Origin: Amphiscolops sp. MND2022
Lineage: Eukaryota
Length of the DNA: 64,000 nt
Reading direction: 5' to 3'
Assembly (NCBI GenBank): GCA_964187785.1
Contig: OZ076415.1
Location: 38,936,001-39,000,000 of the forward strand
Each line of letters begins with the position of its first letter. Position 1 is the stretch's first letter. The position numbers and the translations under genes are program-made. The notes beneath the pieces were generated by a model, which made no database searches, was not told the origin of the DNA, and worked only from the letters and a program-made list of their open reading frames with translations. Positions 35,410 through 48,350 of the stretch are shown here, in pieces.

Positions 35410-35457
35410 CAACAACAACAACAACAACACCACCAACAACAACACCAACAACAACAA
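35410..35457 (+). repeat. Imperfect (CAA)n microsatellite
   Basis: CAA/CAC trinucleotide run. Confidence 0.95.
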
Positions 35458-37099
35458 TAAAAAGAAGAACGGCAAGGCACTCCCAAATGATGTAGCGACA
35501 AGATCGGTGGAACATTTCACACAAAAACTATGCATTCCAACTGGAGAAGTTTCGTAAAAACACGAAAATGACTCGAGATATGGAATTATCGAAGATGACA
35601 AAATCAAGAAGAATACAACGTACAGAAACCAATTGGAAACAGTTGGACGTCTTCTTTTAGGCTGTCGTACAGACGACAATTACGGAAAAGCAAAGATTCA
35701 TTGAGAAATAACCAAACAAAACACCATTGTTAAAATCATTAATTTTATCCAAAAGGTATTCCATCTTTGAACGGAACAATACACACCTAGGCAGACTTCT
35801 TCAATTTAAATGGGAGAAACAGCTGCCAATATATGGAAACGCATCGACGAAACGGAGAGAAACCACAGGTTCAAAGTGATCACTGCTGCGCTGGAAAACT
35901 CTTTGCATAAATACCGCAATAGACAAACTACCGTAGACAACCACTTGAACCAAAAACATGAAGAAAAAACGTTTGTGAAAACTGCTACTAACGCAATACA
36001 CTAAAAATTGAACAAGAAAACGAAGTGCGAGCGTTAGAAGAGAAAGTACGATAAGGCTCGACATATATATGAATTTTAAAAATACCTCTATTTGCAGGCC
36101 ATACCTACACAAATATCATATGAAATTTACAAACGATAATGATTTCTTTCCATCAGGTGAGTTTTAGTTTTCACGCGTGAAAACAAAAACGGGACGACTA
36201 TTCGATAAATTCCAACAGGCCAATCATATTACTATGGATTCTTCTTCGTAATAGTTCTACAAATGACTCAAAATATATGTGCACCTCTCTCGAATTATTG
36301 TAAAAACAGCAATTGAAAATAAAATGCGTAGACATCTCCTCGTGGTTGCCGATACAGAGTCTTGATGTTCTTGATATTTGCTATTGAAAGTCTCGTAAAC
36401 TGCATTGGTTCGTAATTCTCAATATTCAATTCGGTCGCATTTTTGCTGAAAGATCTTGGTATCAAGGGTTCTGTCGATTCTTTTGGAGAGAATTCTGGCA
36501 AAATAATGGAGGGAATTCTGGTAGCTAATGCAAACGATGCAAAACAGATTGCCGTGAATGACAATGAATCACAAGAGGTTAAGAAATTCCTACCGAAATT
36601 GAAAATCATGAATTTTAAAAAAAATCCAGAAAACACCCAAAATAACCGTACTTTATTGGAAAATTTCCCACAAAATTCCCGAAAACAAACAAGAAACTGA
36701 TACAAAAGAAAAAGACGAAATTGTTAAAACAATAGAAAACCTTCACTCGGACAGCGAGTCGGAGATGGGAGACGACATTGGACCAATACTTGTACAGTTT
36801 TTCAAGAATTTTGAAGGACTCTTCATGGCTGTAATTGAAGCTAAAGACGCCCTAAAACAAACAAATGTACAATGTTATATGACTCTAACGCTTTCGAATA
36901 CAGAACGAAACCTTGGAATATGACGCATCATTCCATTTTTCGAGCACAGTAAATGATTACATACAGAATACAGCATATTCAATACGGAATAGGTAGAAAT
37001 CAGACAAAAACAACATGACACAAAAAATCTTATGGTGGAACACTGAAACAACAATTCAATACTAGTATAATGTGCAGGGCATTTCGGAATTGGATCATG

Positions 37100-37620
37100 C
37101 ATGTCACCAAGACGTTTTTAGGCTGTTTTGGAAGAAAAATAGCATAGTGGAATGATTTTATGCTGTTTTGGAAAAAACAGCATAGTGGAATGATTTTATG
37201 CTGTTTTGTAAAAGAAACACCAAAACGGAACACTTTTATGCTGCCTTCGAGGAAAAACAGCATAATGTAGCAATTTCAGTCAGTTTACGAAGAAAAGCAG
37301 TATAGCAAGAGATGTTATATTGTTTTCGAAGAAATACAGCACAGTGGAATGCTCTTATGCTGATTTGGAAGAAAAACAGCATAAAGGAATATTTTATGCT
37401 GTTTTGGAAAACAAACACCATAACGGAAATTTTTTATGCTGCTCTAGAAGAAAAAACAGCATATTGGAGCAACTTTAATCAGTTTCCGAAGAAAAGCAGA
37501 ATCGCAAAAAATTTTATGATGTTTTCGAAGAAAACCAGCATAGTGGAATGCTCTTTTGTTGTTTTGAAAAAAAAACAGCATAATGGAATGATTTTATGCT
37601 GTTTTGGAAGGGAAACGCTA
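37100..37620. repeat. Degenerate ~37-bp minisatellite with internal palindrome ATGCTGTTTT...AAAACAGCAT (shorter copy at 39420-39680)
   Basis: Reiterated ATGCTGTTTTGGAA(G)AAAAACAGCATAGTGGAATGATTTT. Confidence 0.8.
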
Positions 37621-38480
37621 AGATTGAGAGGAGCTAGAGCACCAACAAAATTCCAATGAGAGGAAGCTGAAACCAATCAGAAACAGAAGTTATCCGATCA
37701 AATTTGTGGGAACCTGATCATCTCTCACTTCATATACCGGATTCTACTCAAAAACAATTTGTTCATCACCTTGGACAGAAAACCCGAAAAGGGCTTATGG
37801 AGGGCTTATGAAATAACGAAAATTGTTCATCACTTTGTATGGGACACCCCAAAGGTAACCTGTGGTAAAGCTGATGTGAAATTGAATACCGGAATTTTTT
37901 CTTCTGTCAAAAATTATTCAAAAACGTTTGAAAAGACAGACGTTGTGTTGGCGACTCAATTTCTTTATCATATCCAGACCTTTTCTCCCTTCTGTGCCGA
38001 CGAAAAGATATACTAGACTGATCAATTTGCGGATCCTGAGAATGAAAAGCAGCAAGAGGAATGATCACGAAGATCAAAAGGTAGAATTGTAGATAGTAAA
38101 TTCAGTGAGGTGACAAAGCAGATGACGACTAACAGAGAATATACGACATCAAGGGCAGACATCGATGGACTTGAAGCGGCGTTGACCTGCATAAAACAAA
38201 CTGGACTGTCGCAGGCAGGACTGTCCGTGCGGGATATCCGTATTGCAACAGAGTTGCACCAGTCAACGCCAGCATCATGATGAGTTTACACGTACTTGTG
38301 CTTCTAATTTACACTCTATTATGCGGTTTGTATAAAACAGCATAAGCGGTACTACCGTCATAGGCGATTTGAAAAAAACAGTATATACGGTAGTATTGAC
38401 AAAACAGTATGATGATTACATATGTGTTTATGCTTCTGCTTTATACTGTATTATGCGGTATAGGTATCGAAACAGCATAT

Positions 38481-38740
38481 GCGGTATTGCAGCATCTGCG
38501 GAAACGTCACGAGAACAGCATGATAATTAACCTGAAAACAGCATATGCGGAACTTCCACGAGAACAACATGATGGTTTAACCTGAAACCAGCATATGTGG
38601 AAACTTCACGAGAACAGAATTGTGGTTCAACCTGAAAACAGCATATGTGGAAACTTCACGAGAACAGCATGATGTCTCAACCTGAAAACAGCATATGCGG
38701 AAACTACGCGAGAACAGCAGGATGTTTTAACTTGAAAGCA
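38481..38740 (+). repeat. 50-bp tandem repeat, about 5 copies
   Basis: C[C/T]TGAAA[A/C/G]CA recurs at 38531, 38581, 38631, 38681 and 38731. Confidence 0.9.
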
Positions 38741-38869
38741 GGATAGATATTTGTACAACGATGAGAGCAAACTATACTGCAGTATACTGTTTTCATCGGA
38801 CAGCACATGCAGATTTATGATGATAAACAGCATAACTTGCAGGAACTTCCATAATCTTCTGCTTTCGGT

Positions 38870-39406
38870 ACAGCGCTATATTCAGACTTTCTAGGGTATT
38901 GATGTAATGGCCTGTTGTTACGACTTGTATATTGCGTCGTTATTTCGGGTAGAGTTAATTCTCACTAATTTTGCAGGAGTAGAAAATTTTTTAGTTTCAC
39001 TCTGCAAGTCATTTTTATCTTCTTCTCTTCCATTTTCTCCTGTTTCAGCTTTTAACAGCTTCAGCATCCCCTTATGGGATTCAACCGGAAAGTTTGTAAT
39101 CTCAGAAGTTATTTCCTCTTTCAAAGAAGCCCTCAAACATTGAAAGACACTATTTTCAATCCTGGGGGGTTTGGCATTGGAGGATCCCGCAACTAAAATG
39201 ACTGTGTCCGGAAGACCATAGTTTCCTATTGCAACTGGAGAAAATGAAACTTCATTTACGTTCTCGGCGCTATCCTGCTGGTTGTTCTTCCTTCTCTGAC
39301 TTCTTGTTGTAGACTTTTGATGAAATGAGTTTGATTATTTGTTTTCATTTGAGTTTCGATCTTTTGCTTCTGGCAAAGACAAATCAAAACCTATAAAGTG
39401 TCAGAT
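38870..39406 (-). mobile_element. Gypsy family B fragment (gag N-terminus)
   Basis: Homologous to about 53870-54375 and 40800-41333. Confidence 0.75.
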
Positions 39407-40789
39407 ATAGTGGATTGATATATGCTGTTTTGGAAAAAAAACAGCATAGTGGAAAAATTTTATGCTGTTTTGGAAAAGAAACACCATAACGGAACACTTT
39501 TATACTGTCTTGCATAATACAGCAAGCATAATGCAGCAATTTCAGTCAGTTTCCGAAGCAAAGCAGTATAGCAAAAGATGTTATAAGGTTTTCGAAGAAA
39601 TACAGCATAGTGGATTGCTCTTATGGTGTTTTGAAAGAAAAACAGCATGATGGAATGATTTTATGCTGTTTTAGAAGAGAAACGTGAAGACTGAGAGGAG
39701 CTAGAGCACCAACAAAATTCCAAAGAGAGGAAGCTGAAATCAATCAGAAACAGAAAATACCTGATCAAATTTGTGGGAACCTGATCATCTCTCACTTCAA
39801 ATACTGGAGTCTACTCACAAACAATTTGTTCATCACCTTGGACAGAAAACCCGAAAAGGGCTTATGGAGGGCTTATGAAACAACGAAAATTGTTCATCAC
39901 TTTGTATGGGACACCCCAAAGGTAACCTGTGATAAAGCTGATGTGAAATTGAAAACCGGAACTTTTTCTTCTATCAAAAATTAGTCAAAAACGTTTGAAA
40001 AGACAGACGTTGTGTTGGCGACTCAATTTCTTTATCATATCCAGTTATTTTCTCCCTTCTATCCCGACGAAAAGATATAACAGACTGATCGAATTGCGGA
40101 TCCTGAGAATAAAAAACAGCAAGAGGAATGATCATGAAAATCAAAAGGTAGAATTGTAGATAGTAAAGTCGGTGAGGTGACAAAGCAGATGACGACTAAA
40201 AGAGGATATACGACATCGAGGGCAGTCATCGACGGACTTGAAGCGGCGTTGACCTGCAGAAAACAATCTGGACTGTCGCAGGCAGGACTGTCCGTGCGCG
40301 ATATCCGGTGTGCAACAGAGTTGAACCAGTCAACGCCAGCATCATGATGAATTTAGACGTAATTGTGCTTCTAATTTTTACTCTATTATGCAGTTTGTAT
40401 AAAACAACATAAAACAACATAAGCGGTACTATCGTCATAGGCGTTTGAATAAAACAGTATATACGGCAATATTGATAAAACAGCATGATGGTTACATATG
40501 TATTTATGCTTCTGCTTTATACTGTTTTATGCGGTATCAGTGTTGAAACAGCATATGCGGCATTGCAGCATATGCGGAAACATCACGAGAATAGCATGTT
40601 AATTTAACCTAAAAACAGCATGTGCCGAAACTACTCGAGAACAGCAGGATACTTTGACCTGAAAGCAGCACAAATATTTGTACAACGATGCCAGCAAATT
40701 ATACTGCAGTATACTGTTTTCATTTAACAGCACATGCAGATTTATGATGATAAACAACATAACATGCATGAACTTCCATAATGTTTTGC

Positions 40790-41960
40790 CTTCGTTACAG
40801 CGCTATATTCAGACTTTTTAGGGTAATGATGTAATGACCTGTTGTTACGACTTGCATTTTGGGTCATTATTTCGGGTGGAGTTTATCCTCACTGATTTTG
40901 CAGGAGTAGAGAAAGTTTTAGTTTCATTTTTTAAGTCATATTATCTTCTTCTCTTCCATTTTCCCCTGTTTCAGCTTTTAACAGCTTCAGCATCCCCTTA
41001 TGGGAATCAACAGGAAAGTTCGTAATCTCAGAAGTTATTTCCTCTTTCAAAGAAGCCCTCAAACATTGAAAGACACTATTTTCAATCCTGGGGGGTTTGG
41101 CATTGGAGGATCCCGCAACTAAAACGACTGTTTTAGGGAAGACCATAGTTTCCTATTGCAACTGGAGAAATTGAAACTTCACTTACGTTCTCGGCGCTAT
41201 CCTGCTGGTTGTTCTTCCTTCTCTGGCTTCTTGTTGTAGACTTTTGATGAAATGAGTTTGATTATTTGTTTTCATTTGAGTTTCGATCTTTTGCTTCTGG
41301 CAAAGACAAATCAAATTCTATAAAGTGTCAGAAATACGTCAACTGCACTTTGTCGAAACAAAAAACTGAGTCCCTCAGTCTTCGAGAAGTACCGTTTTTA
41401 TACCCTCCTAGCATCATTTGATCACGAATGAATCCTTAAACTTTCCACGAGAAACTAGCCAACAATTTTCTTTTTTTTTCGGTGAGAAATCATCATGATC
41501 CCTGATTTGCGTCGACATTTTGTCAAATTTTAGGACGCGAAAACTCTAATCCGGTATTAGTCATCGAACATGATCATATCATTTCATTTCGGTGTCCTTT
41601 TGTTTCCTCCCAACCAGGAAGTAGATTTTCAGTCTGTCCAACCGTAAATATTTCCTTCTTTTACTGCTTTAGTTCATAGGATATTGACGCTGACATGATC
41701 AATTACTACCTGATTTTGACTTTTGAGTCGAAGGAAAATGATGGCTAATCTTTTTTGCTTGAAAAAATTGGAGATGCAAGGAGAATAGAAAGGCTGATTT
41801 ACGAATGCAAGCACTCAAATCTTTAGTTTAAACCATCATTTTCATCCATTATTACTTTAGTCAAGTATTATTTGACGATGCATCAACGCTAATTAGTTTC
41901 AAGTGTAGCAATAATATAAGTAACAGTGCATTAGTAACGATAATCATTTTTTTCATGTAT
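40790..41960 (-). mobile_element. Gypsy family B fragment (5' leader and gag N-terminus)
   Basis: Collinear with about 53870-55060. Confidence 0.8.
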
Positions 41961-42699
41961 CATTTCAATTTATATCAACGACATTTCAACAGCAACGTTA
42001 TGCGAGAAAATGAATACCCTTTGAGATCGGTGGTTCAATAGCAGATACTGTAAACCAGTAAAAATTTATCACAAACTACAAAAATTAGTCCACGCTTAAG
42101 TTTCACAAGTTTAAATAGAAAACTCATATTTACAAAATTTTCAGTATCAAAGAAAACTGTTATTTTAAATCCTCAAGTATATAAACTGTGACTTTCAGGA
42201 AAAATTGAAATACTTCATTCAAGTCGAATCTTAGTATGTCCCAATATTCGCAATTAAATCCGTATTCTCCGTATATTTTCCGTAGAATTGGTATTCAATC
42301 TACTAGTATGGAATGGACGAAAAAGTTCTTTTGATAGATTTGCGACGTAGCGTTGACAAGTTTTCTTTGCTAACTTGGCAGATTGCCAAGTTTGACGAGA
42401 TGCTAACGAGTATTTTGGAATGAAATTCCAACTAGCTGCCAAGCTAGTGACGTATTATCGACGAGTAATTTGGAATGTTTTCATCTAGCTCTGTCTAGTT
42501 AGTGACGTTTTGCTGACGTCACTAATATAGCAAAATCAGCCGCCGCGGTCATATTTGTTCACTTGACATCGATCCATCGTCCTAATCCACAATAGTTGCC
42601 ATTCAAGGAGTAATTAAGCTGCCTTTTCGCTGGAAAGCGTACTTTTTTTTAATGTTTGTCTCAAATGTATTTTCTATTTTTGATCAGAGTATGTTATCA

Positions 42700-45600
42700 A
42701 TTTAGGCATCATAATTCCTTTGAGTTCTGTTTAGATTAGTTTATGATTTTTGACTTTAAATTAGCCTTAATCCTGGTTTTAGATTGAGGATGTCTAAAAT
42801 TGCGCAGCTTAAACGTCTCAGCGGAAATTTGTTACAGTTAATTTAATTTCTTCAATTTTGGTGTGAATAGCCGTTTTAGATGCGTTCAATCTTGTTACTC
42901 GTTTTCGTTTTTGTATTCGCTCGACAGTAATCTCATGTGCTATCTTTAAGTCACAGTTTATTTCAATTAAAGTTTAAGTCTAACAGTTGAAGTACGACCT
43001 CGGAAACTTCGAGCAACAACCATGTCCCCTCCCGATGCCTAGGTGTGCGAGTGGATGCTGCTAACCATCGTGTTCCTGTTGCCGAGTTGGCTAGTATTTC
43101 TCGTGTCGTGGATAGTGTGGTTTTCTCTCAGTTACCTTATCATGACCAGGTGGGAGCTAATCACTTTTGAGTGTCCTGCAAGACAATCGAGTTGACGGCC
43201 GCATATTTCTGTTCTATCGGGAATTCTCAGAAGGCGTCTTCCTCGTCAGGTTGACCAAGAAATCATTGGGAGACTTGAGGTTTTTTTTGGTGGATTTCTT
43301 GATGCTGCGATTGGGGGCGCGCTACAGGAATCCTGGATGGATTATAACCCGACACTTCGACGTTATGTTCTTGCTGGACGAGTTTTGTTCGTGATTTTGC
43401 GGGTTGTTTTGGCAGAGCTGATAGCCGTTTGAAAACCTCTGCGAGAGTTTGTGCGCTTCACCGGTCCGCGGCATGCCAAATGTGTGGTCGATAAGATGAG
43501 TGTTTATGGCATTTTCCGAAGGCGGTTTTGTGAGGATAAGATTGTCCATCTCTGTGAGTCATTTAATTTGTGTGAAATGGGGGTATTTTAGAGTAGCTTT
43601 TACGTTGGTCTGGATTTGTAGTTGGTAGCGCGAGAATTTCAGTTCCGTGTTTTTATCGGTCGGCTCATAGACGTTATCCTGTGCCAGCACTGCGTGTCTT
43701 CGGACTTATTGAGCAATCTTTATTGTTTTTCGCCACAGCTGCTGTGAGAAGGCGGCAATGACTACTTTTTCGGGCACTTCAACAGTTTGATGCGATTGTT
43801 GGAACGATGCAAAGTAGTGACTGGTGTCGAGGCAAAGTGTGCAATTGAAAAACTTTCAACCTTCGTGGTTGATATTCGTGCCCGTCATGTCAGCGACGAT
43901 CAGAGTGCGGAGGGAATCACTGATATAATAGCAAATTTATTGGCAGACTACAGTTTTTGGCCCGAAAGAAGTTTTGACGTGTTCAAATTATGTTGTATGG
44001 TGGTGGTGAAGCCCCGCCAAGAGTATCCCGTCAAGTTGATGTCGACTTGAGTGGGTTTACTGTTCCAGAACTTGTGGTAACACCGAGTATTCGTGGTGTG
44101 CAGAGTTTTGTGTTATCTGCAAATTACAAGCAGAAAGCTTTCTTTACTAAGCACACCATGGAAAGTATTCGTGATGCAATTGCAGGATCACGCACCTTCA
44201 TGACCTTGAATGATTTTGATCGTTGGGAGAGGCTTTGCTGTGGAGGACAAAGAGTGGTTTTGTGGAGCGATACACGACCTTATTCGATGCCTACTTGGCG
44301 CGAAAGAAAGATGGGTCCTATGATCGTCGTCGTTCTTCAAACCAACGTGGTCGTCAGTTCCAGTCTGGCGATGATACTGGTTTTACTACCGTGACGTGTG
44401 GGGAGAGTCGTGGGTCTTCTGTTGTCGGTGAGAGTGGTTGTCCTAGTAAAGAGAAGCAATACAGTAGTCTAGCTTCGTTGCTTGGTCCGAAGAGGGAGGA
44501 CAAGGAGAGTGTGGAACCAGTTGAGGAGAAGAGTAAGAAAGCGTCTGGGAAGTCTGCCAGTAAGGGTGCTGGGTCTATTTCAAAAAGGCGATAAACTTTG
44601 TAGTTGTATCGAATCGGAAACTTTGTTGTTTTGTAGATTTATTTTTTGTTGTCATTTGTTTCCGTCCCCGGGTGATTTGTAGTTTTGCTTTTAAAAGGTG
44701 AGGTTCCACCACAATCGAAGTGAAAAAAAGGAACCGTGAAAGAATTAAAAACGATTTGCCAGGCCGTAGTATGACTGAATTAGAACCTAATCAGGTCGAT
44801 TCAAACTGGACTCCTGATCTTGTCTTCTCTAGTGAGTCGAAGTCATTGCGTCAAGTCGTCTCAAGTATGGATTAGCATTAGCCTTAGGAATAGGTCGTAA
44901 GTTATATTTTGTTTTTTTTTTTGCGTGGGTTGTAGTGAACTACCGTAGGCGGTGATTTGGGGGAATAGTTGGACTTTCAACGGGTGGGGGCGTCATTAGT
45001 GAGGTTCGAAAAATCTTGAGATGGCGGTTCCATATTGTCTGTGTTTCCAGTTGGTTCATCTCTAATTTCTTGAGTTTCAGGTTCCTCAGCAGTATTCGTT
45101 GTTTTTGTCGATGTAATTTCGTCGGGGTGATGGCCAAAACGTATCTCCCATGATGTGGCGTACTACTCTTGGTTCGGTGTTTTGACGTCTGGATCTGGGA
45201 GAAATTCGTTTGATCGTACTGTCACGTCGGGTATGCGTTGTTCTGGCAGGTATGGGCGTATTCGTATTCTGTGTAAAGTTTTCGTGTATCTTGTCCCGAT
45301 TTCCCGAATCGTATTTTATTTGACAGTTCTTTCATTACTTTAAACTATACTGTTGCAATCTTGGAGGGCGAATTTTGTCGACTGGTTGTCAGCTTTCGGG
45401 TTGATAATATAGCTGTAGACTTTCATCTTGAGCAGAGCTGCAACGCTTTGCGGTCGTAATATTTCTTGTATTTGAAGTAAGACCGCATGATTTTGTTCTT
45501 TGCTGTCGCACGCTTTTCCTCAATTTAGGTTAAATACATTTTAGGGTAATTGTCCATGGAATACCCCGGGTGGTCGCAGCCCAGATTTTCGTGGTATGTT

Positions 45601-48200
45601 GTATTGTAATTCATTACTGCGATTTGGACTTTTTTGTGCCACATTGAACGTCTTTCTCCGGTCGATTTTTTCAATGCTGTTTTGATAGAGGCATGTGTTC
45701 GTTCCAGTTTTCCAATTGTCTGCGCGTGCTTAATAGACGCATGGCTGATTTGTTTTTCCAGTATTTCTATTATTTCTGCGAGAATTTCTCAGCGAAATTG
45801 CGATCCTTTGTCTGATAGTCCTAATGTTGGCCAATGTGCATGTCTAGTCATGACGTCGACAATTCATCGTCCGATAAAGTTTGCTATCGCGTTTTCAGTT
45901 GAATAAGCGAAAAGGAATCGCGAAAAGACATCTATCATTGTAATGATATTTTGGTAACCTGCAAAATTTGGTAGACATGGTAGTATATTAATTTCCAGAA
46001 AGTCTTCTGGTCCCAAGACATGTTCTGTATTTTTGATCATTGTTAGTCTGATTTGGCTATAACTTATTCTTCTTTTGTAGTTAATGCAGTCTTTACAACT
46101 CAGTACCCATTGTCTGATTCTTTCTGCTATTCCTGGGTTATAATGTTTTGATCTGCATTCTTGTATCATCTTTGTTATTTCAGGATGTTTCCCCATCTGT
46201 CCATGTATTACCATCAAGAGTTCGGTTATCAGATGTTCGGGGATTAATATTTGGTGATGTGTGACTTGCCACATTACCCGTAGTATTTCCGCATTTGTAT
46301 TCTGTCCTTGACGATTATTCTGTACTCGTGGAAGGGTTTGAAGCTGGTGTTTGTCTTATTCTTCACATATCAGTTTTCGTTTGATTGTCTTGAAGATTAA
46401 GTCTGTATCTTGTTCGACTCTAATACATGCATCTCTTTTTATCGCACCAAAGGTATATGACGCCTTGTTTATTGGGACTGGGGCTGTTTTTTTGATGATC
46501 ATTTTAATTTTTGTCGTCTCCTCGTTGCGTGCGTTTTGTCTCGCTTGTTCTTTTTCTAGTAAAACTCCTTCTTCAGTCTCGATTGTTTCTTCTGGAAGGA
46601 AGAAAAGTTGTTCTCCGTCTGCGACGTCTGTGGACTGTAGGTTGACTTTTATCGGTCTGATAGTTAAGTCTTCATTGATTTAGAGTGCAATTTAGGTCAA
46701 TTCTTGACAAAATGTCGGCAACTGATTTTGCGTCTATGCTACATGCATTATATGAAAATTGAATTGCAAAACAAAATCGCACGCGTTCCATAGTGTGGGA
46801 GGGATCGCTTTGGTTTCGAAAAAACGTGTCACCGACCTGTTGTCGGTCATTACAAGCGTTGGCAGAGTTGTTTCCCACAAAATATGCCTGTATTCTACAA
46901 AGGCATGGTAAATTACCAACAATTCTTGGCTCTAGATTGACATCTTTAGTTGAGCGGGAGAAAACACCTTTGATCCAAACGCAAATGCGAAAGTTTTTCT
47001 CTTTGAGTTCATTTTTTTCTCGTCATTTTCTTCTATCATTGGCGCGTAGTCAGAGGCGCGGAAGCTGGCATCCATCATTAGGAGGTATTGTCGTCCTGTG
47101 ACTGGTTGTTTGAGAGCCAATCCGCATGCTCCTGCTAGTGCTGTGTTGATCGCCTTGTAATTGTCTGGTTGTTCCTCTGATATTCTGACTGTTCATAAAA
47201 TCTGAGTAGTTTCTCAGATAGTCGCGGGATGTAATTGCGGTGATAAATGACAAATCCGATGTATCTTTGAACTTGTTTTTTTTTATTTGAGAAATCTCAC
47301 GTTTGCGAAAATTTCATGGTATGGAGGCCCTACTCCTTCAGGCGAGATTGTTCTGCCTCGAAACTCGATTTCTGTGACTACAAAGAGGAATTTTTCGATG
47401 GTGAGTTTGAGACTTGCTTTCCTGAAACACTCGATTACTGCGCGTATATTGCGGGTCAATTGCGTCACTGAGAAGGCAGTTATTCTAATGTCGTCAACAT
47501 ATTGCGCGCATTGCTCAGCTTTGATTTTCTCATGAAACTGGAGAAAGCCGATAGTGCTCTGCTTAATCTTTGGGCTTGGCGTTCATACGCAAATGTTCTG
47601 CTCGCAAAACTGAAAGCTAGCATTTCAATTGATCTCTGATCTGCCATCTGCAAGCAATGGTATGCCTGTGAGCAATCGGCTTTGCGGTTTTTACCAGCTA
47701 GATATTGAGCTGCGTCCAACAAGGTGCTATTTTGATGATTGTTTTTGATGTAGTCGTCCGAGATGAGTGCATTTGTTCTCCTCAGGTCGACAAGTAGACT
47801 CAATTTGCCATTTGGTTTGCGTTGTGCAGAAATTCGGACTTGCGTATTTTGAGAATGGCAGAGTTGGTCTTATGCCATAACGATGCATGAGCGCTAACTC
47901 TACTCTAAGATCTTCTTTCAGGTTGATAGGGACTGGTAGGTTCTGGGTTTATACTAGATTTTTGTTTTTCGGGTCTTTACTCTGAAGTTGTTGTTTTTGC
48001 CTATGTATTGTCGATGGCGCGCAAGTATGTCGTGAAATTGTACTATTGTTTGTTCAAATCGTTCTTTGGCTTTTCCTTCTATGTGTTTTCCTCAATTTTG
48101 CGTCTTTAGTAGGGTCAATTTCTTCTTTTTTATTTAGTTCTTGTATTTCTTTGAGTATACGGCGTTGTATGGGCGTGTGGACATGCTCGTTCCCTGGGTT
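42700..48200 (-). mobile_element. Gypsy family B, copy 2 (decayed RT-RNase H-integrase plus antisense ORF region); left end uncertain
   Basis: DCSQAYHCLQMAD, YVDD, TDNRSVTRFF, IHGQMGKHP...CKDC, IDVFSRFLFAY; duplicates 48300-52400. Confidence 0.85.
43170..44594 (+). pseudogene. Antisense ORF of unknown function in Gypsy B copy 2 (~470+ aa, disrupted)
   Basis: Collinear plus-strand ORF pieces (43787..44050, 43990..44394, 44223..44594) homologous to 48351..49446. Confidence 0.65.
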
Positions 48201-48350
48201 TTATGGGGAGGAGAACCAGAAGTTCTCATCACTCTGATCTCCTTTCCTGGTTTTCATAAGTTCGTTGATGTGCATACGTGTGTCGTCTGGGTCTTCCAAT
48301 TCATGTAGGGTCTGCAGCCTCAGAGTCGCAAAAGTCCATCTTTACCTTTA

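Larger units (their letters stand above)
37167..41333. repeat. Tandem duplication, ~2-kb unit (37167-39408 and 39422-41333)
   Basis: Shared anchors at offsets of 2068 then 1927 nt; unit 2 lacks several minisatellite units. Confidence 0.9.

Noticed and set aside
38481-38740. Regularly spaced repeats resembling a CRISPR array (also the TTCTACAAACTGG arrays)
   Set aside because: No unique spacers, no cas genes, eukaryotic context; these are tandem or subterminal repeats.
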